A stretch of DNA of 64,000 nucleotides from an uncultured Fibrobacteria bacterium. Lineage in GTDB: Bacteria; Fibrobacterota; Fibrobacteria; UBA11236. The stretch lies in contig OY970309.1 in assembly GCA_963716395.1 (NCBI GenBank), positions 1,566,485-1,630,484 on the forward strand. The letters run 5' to 3'. Below, piece after piece: positions 60,925-64,000 of the stretch. The notes beneath the pieces are model-generated. The model was not told the DNA's origin, ran no database searches, and saw nothing but the letters and a program-made list of their open reading frames with translations. Positions within the stretch are counted from its first letter, which is position 1; every line of letters starts with the position of its first letter. The position numbers and the translations under genes were made by a program.

Positions 60925-62280
60925 TCAACCCGCCTGCATCAGTTCGGGATGTTGTTCGAGAAACTTGGTGCTGTAGGTGCCGCGCGCGAAGCGGGGATGG
61001 CGGAGGACGCGCTTGAGCAGGGGAATGGTGGTTTTGACGCCCTCAATGACGAATTCGTCGAGGGCGCGCAGCATGCGGGCGATGGCCTGTTCGCGGTCGG
61101 GCGCATGCACGATCAGTTTGGCGATCAGACTGTCGTAATTCGGCGGCACAATATATCCGGCATAGCAGTGGGTGTCGATGCGCACGCCCAGGCCGCCCGG
61201 CAAATGGAAGTCGGTGATGAGGCCCGGGCTGGGTTTGAAGTCGTCGAAGGGATCTTCGGCGTTGATGCGGCATTCGATGGCATGCCCCTCGAAGCGCACG
61301 TCTTTCTGGGCAAAGGGGAGTTTTTCGCCCGCCGCCGCCAGAATTTGCAGCCGCACCAAATCCAACCCCGTCACATATTCGGTCACCGGATGTTCCACCT
61401 GGATGCGCGTGTTCATTTCCATGAAGTAGAACGAACCGTCTTGGTCATAGAGAAATTCGATGGTGCCCGCGTTGGAATAGCCCGCCTCCAAGGCTCCGCG
61501 CGCCGCGGTTTCGCCCATACGCCGGCGGATTTCCGGAGTGACGGCGGGGCTGGGGCTTTCTTCGATGAGCTTTTGATGCCGGCGCTGCACCGAGCAGTCG
61601 CGCTCGCCCAGGTACACCATGTTGCCGTGCGCATCGCCCAGCAGTTGAATCTCGACATGGCGCGGCTCGGTGAAATAGCGTTCGAGATACAAATCGCCGC
61701 GGCCGAAACAGGCCTGGGCCTCGGAAGCGGCCACGGCGTAGATTTTGTTCAGCTCCTCCAAATCCTTGGCCACGCGCATGCCGCGCCCGCCGCCGCCGGC
61801 GGCGGCTTTGACGATGACCGGATAGCCCACGATTTGCGCGGCCGCCGCGGCCTCGGCCAAGGTGGCCACCAGGCCTTCGGACCCGGGAATGGTGGGCACG
61901 CCCGATTTGCGCATGGTGGCCTTGGCCTCGGCTTTGTCGCCCATGCTGCGGATGACTTCGGGCGAAGGGCCGATGAACACCAGCCGGTTGTCGCGGCACA
62001 CTTCGGCGAACTTGGCGTTCTCCGAGAGAAAGCCGTAGCCGGGATGCACGGCGTCGGCGTTGGTCAATTCGGCTGCGGCCAAAATCTGCTTGGTGTTGAG
62101 ATAGCTCTGTTTGCTGTTGGGCGGGCCGATGCAGATGTCCTCGTCGGCGAAATGCACGTGCAGCGAATGGGTGTCGGCGGTGGAATGCACCGCCACGGTG
62201 GAAATGCCCATTTCTTTGCAGGTGCGAATGACCCGCAGGGCGATTTCACCGCGGTTGGCGATCAGGATTTTTTTAAACAC
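60925..62280 (-). CDS. accC: Acetyl-CoA carboxylase biotin carboxylase subunit
   Basis: [26 protein letters not shown]...[17 protein letters not shown]... is near-universal AccC sequence. Confidence 0.95.
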   Translation of the reverse strand: MFKKILIANRGEIALRVIRTCKEMGISTVAVHSTADTHSLHVHFADEDICIGPPNSKQSYLNTKQILAAAELTNADAVHPGYGFLSENAKFAEVCRDNRLVFIGPSPEVIRSMGDKAEAKATMRKSGVPTIPGSEGLVATLAEAAAAAQIVGYPVIVKAAAGGGGRGMRVAKDLEELNKIYAVAASEAQACFGRGDLYLERYFTEPRHVEIQLLGDAHGNMVYLGERDCSVQRRHQKLIEESPSPAVTPEIRRRMGETAARGALEAGYSNAGTIEFLYDQDGSFYFMEMNTRIQVEHPVTEYVTGLDLVRLQILAAAGEKLPFAQKDVRFEGHAIECRINAEDPFDDFKPSPGLITDFHLPGGLGVRIDTHCYAGYIVPPNYDSLIAKLIVHAPDREQAIARMLRALDEFVIEGVKTTIPLLKRVLRHPRFARGTYSTKFLEQHPELMQAG

Positions 62281-63373
62281 CGGTGATCCAACTCCGATCG
62301 GAAGTGCCTTCGACGCCGCGCACCTTCAATTCGAAATCTTCGGGATTGGTGGCACTGCGCATGGCGGTTTCATAACTGATTTGTTCGTCGTGGTACAGGC
62401 GCAAAATCGACTGGTCGAACGATTGCGACCCGTACTGGGTGTAGCCTTCGCGGATGCAGGCGTCGAGCAGATGGGTGTTTTCGGGCTGCGTGAGAATGTC
62501 GCGCACGGTGGCGTTGTTGACCAGAATTTCACAGGCCGGTACGCGGCTGCGTCCGTCTTTACGCACCAAAAGGCGCAGCGTGATCACCGCCACCAAAGTG
62601 CTCGAAAGGGTGAGCCGAACCTGTTGGTGCTGGTGGGGCGGAAAGAACGAGACGATGCGGTTGATGGTTTCCACCGCGTTCATGGTGTGCAAGGTCGACA
62701 GCACCAGGTGGCCGGTGTCGGCTGCGGTCAGGGCGATGGACATGGTTTCCATGTCGCGGATTTCGCCCAACAGGAGCACGTCGGGATCCTGGCGGAAGGC
62801 GGCGCGCAGCGCGGTCGTGAACGAGTCGGTATCCGAGTTCACCTCGCGCTGCGAGATGATGCTTTTCTTGTCGCGGTAGAGAAATTCGATGGGGTCTTCG
62901 ATGGTGATGATATTCGAGGCGGTGTTCTCGTTGATGTGGTCGATCATCGAAGCCAAGGTGGTGCTCTTGCCCGATCCCGTGGTGCCGGTGACCAAAATGA
63001 GGCCGCGCCGGCGCAGCGAGAGATCGCGGATGACCTCGGGCAGGCCCAATTGCTCGAAGGCCGGCACCACGCTGAGGATGGCGCGCAGCGAAAGCGCCGG
63101 GGTGCCGCGCTGCTTGAAGGCGTTGACGCGGAAGCGGCCCACGTTGCGGATGCCGATGGCGAAATCGAGTTCATGCTGCTGGTCGAAGCGGGCCTTCTGG
63201 TTGCGGTCCATCACGTCGAGCAGGAATTGCTCCATCTCTTCGGTGGAGATGCGCTCGCTTTGCAGCCGGTACAGATCGCCGTTGATGCGAAAGGTGGGCG
63301 GCGATCCGACGCGCAGATGCAGATCCGACGCGTTGCGCAGCATCATTTCCTTGAGCAGGGTTTCCACGTTCAC
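62273..63373 (-). CDS. pilT: Type IV pilus retraction ATPase
   Basis: Walker [15 protein letters not shown]. Asp box, Walker B LLLGEIRD. His box. PilT-specific AIRNLIRE-like region ([13 protein letters not shown]). Confidence 0.9.
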   Translation of the reverse strand: MNVETLLKEMMLRNASDLHLRVGSPPTFRINGDLYRLQSERISTEEMEQFLLDVMDRNQKARFDQQHELDFAIGIRNVGRFRVNAFKQRGTPALSLRAILSVVPAFEQLGLPEVIRDLSLRRRGLILVTGTTGSGKSTTLASMIDHINENTASNIITIEDPIEFLYRDKKSIISQREVNSDTDSFTTALRAAFRQDPDVLLLGEIRDMETMSIALTAADTGHLVLSTLHTMNAVETINRIVSFFPPHQHQQVRLTLSSTLVAVITLRLLVRKDGRSRVPACEILVNNATVRDILTQPENTHLLDACIREGYTQYGSQSFDQSILRLYHDEQISYETAMRSATNPEDFELKVRGVEGTSDRSWITGV

Positions 63374-63431
63374 GGGATACTCCTCCGGCGGCCGGGAAGG
63401 AGACGCACTTCCATCGGAGAGCCGGGCCGCC

Positions 63432-63917
63432 TCACGCCATGCGCACGCGGAACAGCACGGTGCCGTATTCCACCGGCGTTTCGCTGGGGGCGCATACCTC
63501 TTCGATGACCCCGGCCACGTCGGACTCGATTTCGTTCATGATTTTCATGGCTTCGATGATGCACAAAACCTGCCCCGGCTTGACCGGCGACCCCGCCTGC
63601 ACAAAGGGTTCGGCGCCGGGCGAGGGCGAGGCAAAGAAAGTGCCCACCATGGGTGAGGTGATTTCTTTGAGTTTGGGGTTGGGCTTTTCGCTCGTGGCAT
63701 GGGCTTCTTGGGCCGGGGCCGTCGGCGCGGCTATCGGGGCGGGCGCGGGCGTTGGGGCCGCCGCCATGGGTGCCGAAGCCAGCAGTCGATACGACTCTTT
63801 CTTGAGCACCACTTTCGACTTTTCGTCGCTGAAGCTGATTTCGGTGAGGCTGCTTTTATCCAGCAACTTGATCAGCTGGGACACGTCGGAAAGCTGCATG
63901 TTTCCCTTTCCGGACAT
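63432..63917 (-). CDS. accB: Biotin carboxyl carrier protein
   Basis: Pro/Ala linker. Biotinylation motif CIIEAMKIMNEIE. Confidence 0.9.
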   Translation of the reverse strand: MSGKGNMQLSDVSQLIKLLDKSSLTEISFSDEKSKVVLKKESYRLLASAPMAAAPTPAPAPIAAPTAPAQEAHATSEKPNPKLKEITSPMVGTFFASPSPGAEPFVQAGSPVKPGQVLCIIEAMKIMNEIESDVAGVIEEVCAPSETPVEYGTVLFRVRMA

Positions 63918-64000
63918 TCGCCTTATTTTTTGCGGCGGGGAACCTTGAGCCCGGGACGCGGTGCGCGCCGATCCGCCTCGGACCCTTGCGCTTCGTCGTC

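Noticed and set aside
60949-62286. 445-aa + strand ORF
   Set aside because: Antisense to accC, one of the most conserved genes in the window.

Overview
High-GC bacterial chromosomal segment; the taxon is not assignable from sequence alone. At its centre is a complete rRNA operon, 16S-23S-5S (about 25.5-30.8 kb), with no tRNA in the spacer. The 5' third is a tightly packed co-directional cluster (about 8.4-22.3 kb). It holds a sigma-54 NtrC-type response regulator, a polytopic membrane protein with an embedded zinc ribbon, a DUF4388 protein, three Roadblock/LC7 (MglB-like) proteins and an MglA-family Ras-like GTPase with a ~325-aa proline-rich C-terminal tail. It continues with a second sigma-54 activator, a CHASE2-Ser/Thr kinase and a TPR/periplasmic-binding-protein fusion. 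I consider this MglA/MglB polarity module the most interesting and least described element in the window. The 3' half is housekeeping (rph, pheA, gatA, htrA, truA, dapA, accBC) interleaved with motility genes. There are flagellar genes (fliK-like, flgL, flgK, flgN-like, an flgJ homologue with an SLT domain, and a FliN-like protein). There are type IV pilus genes (pilMNOPQ with an enlarged PilP fusion, and pilT wedged between accB and accC). c-di-GMP-type modules (a membrane PilZ protein and an HDOD protein) sit next to the pilus genes. The 5' end contains a GNAT enzyme with a C-terminal extension, a TetR/glycosyltransferase pair with a perfect 20-bp operator palindrome, a tRNA-His, an acidic Ca-binding-repeat lipoprotein/outer-membrane barrel pair, CysQ, a HAD hydrolase and ArfB. 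I saw no CRISPR arrays, transposases or integrases.
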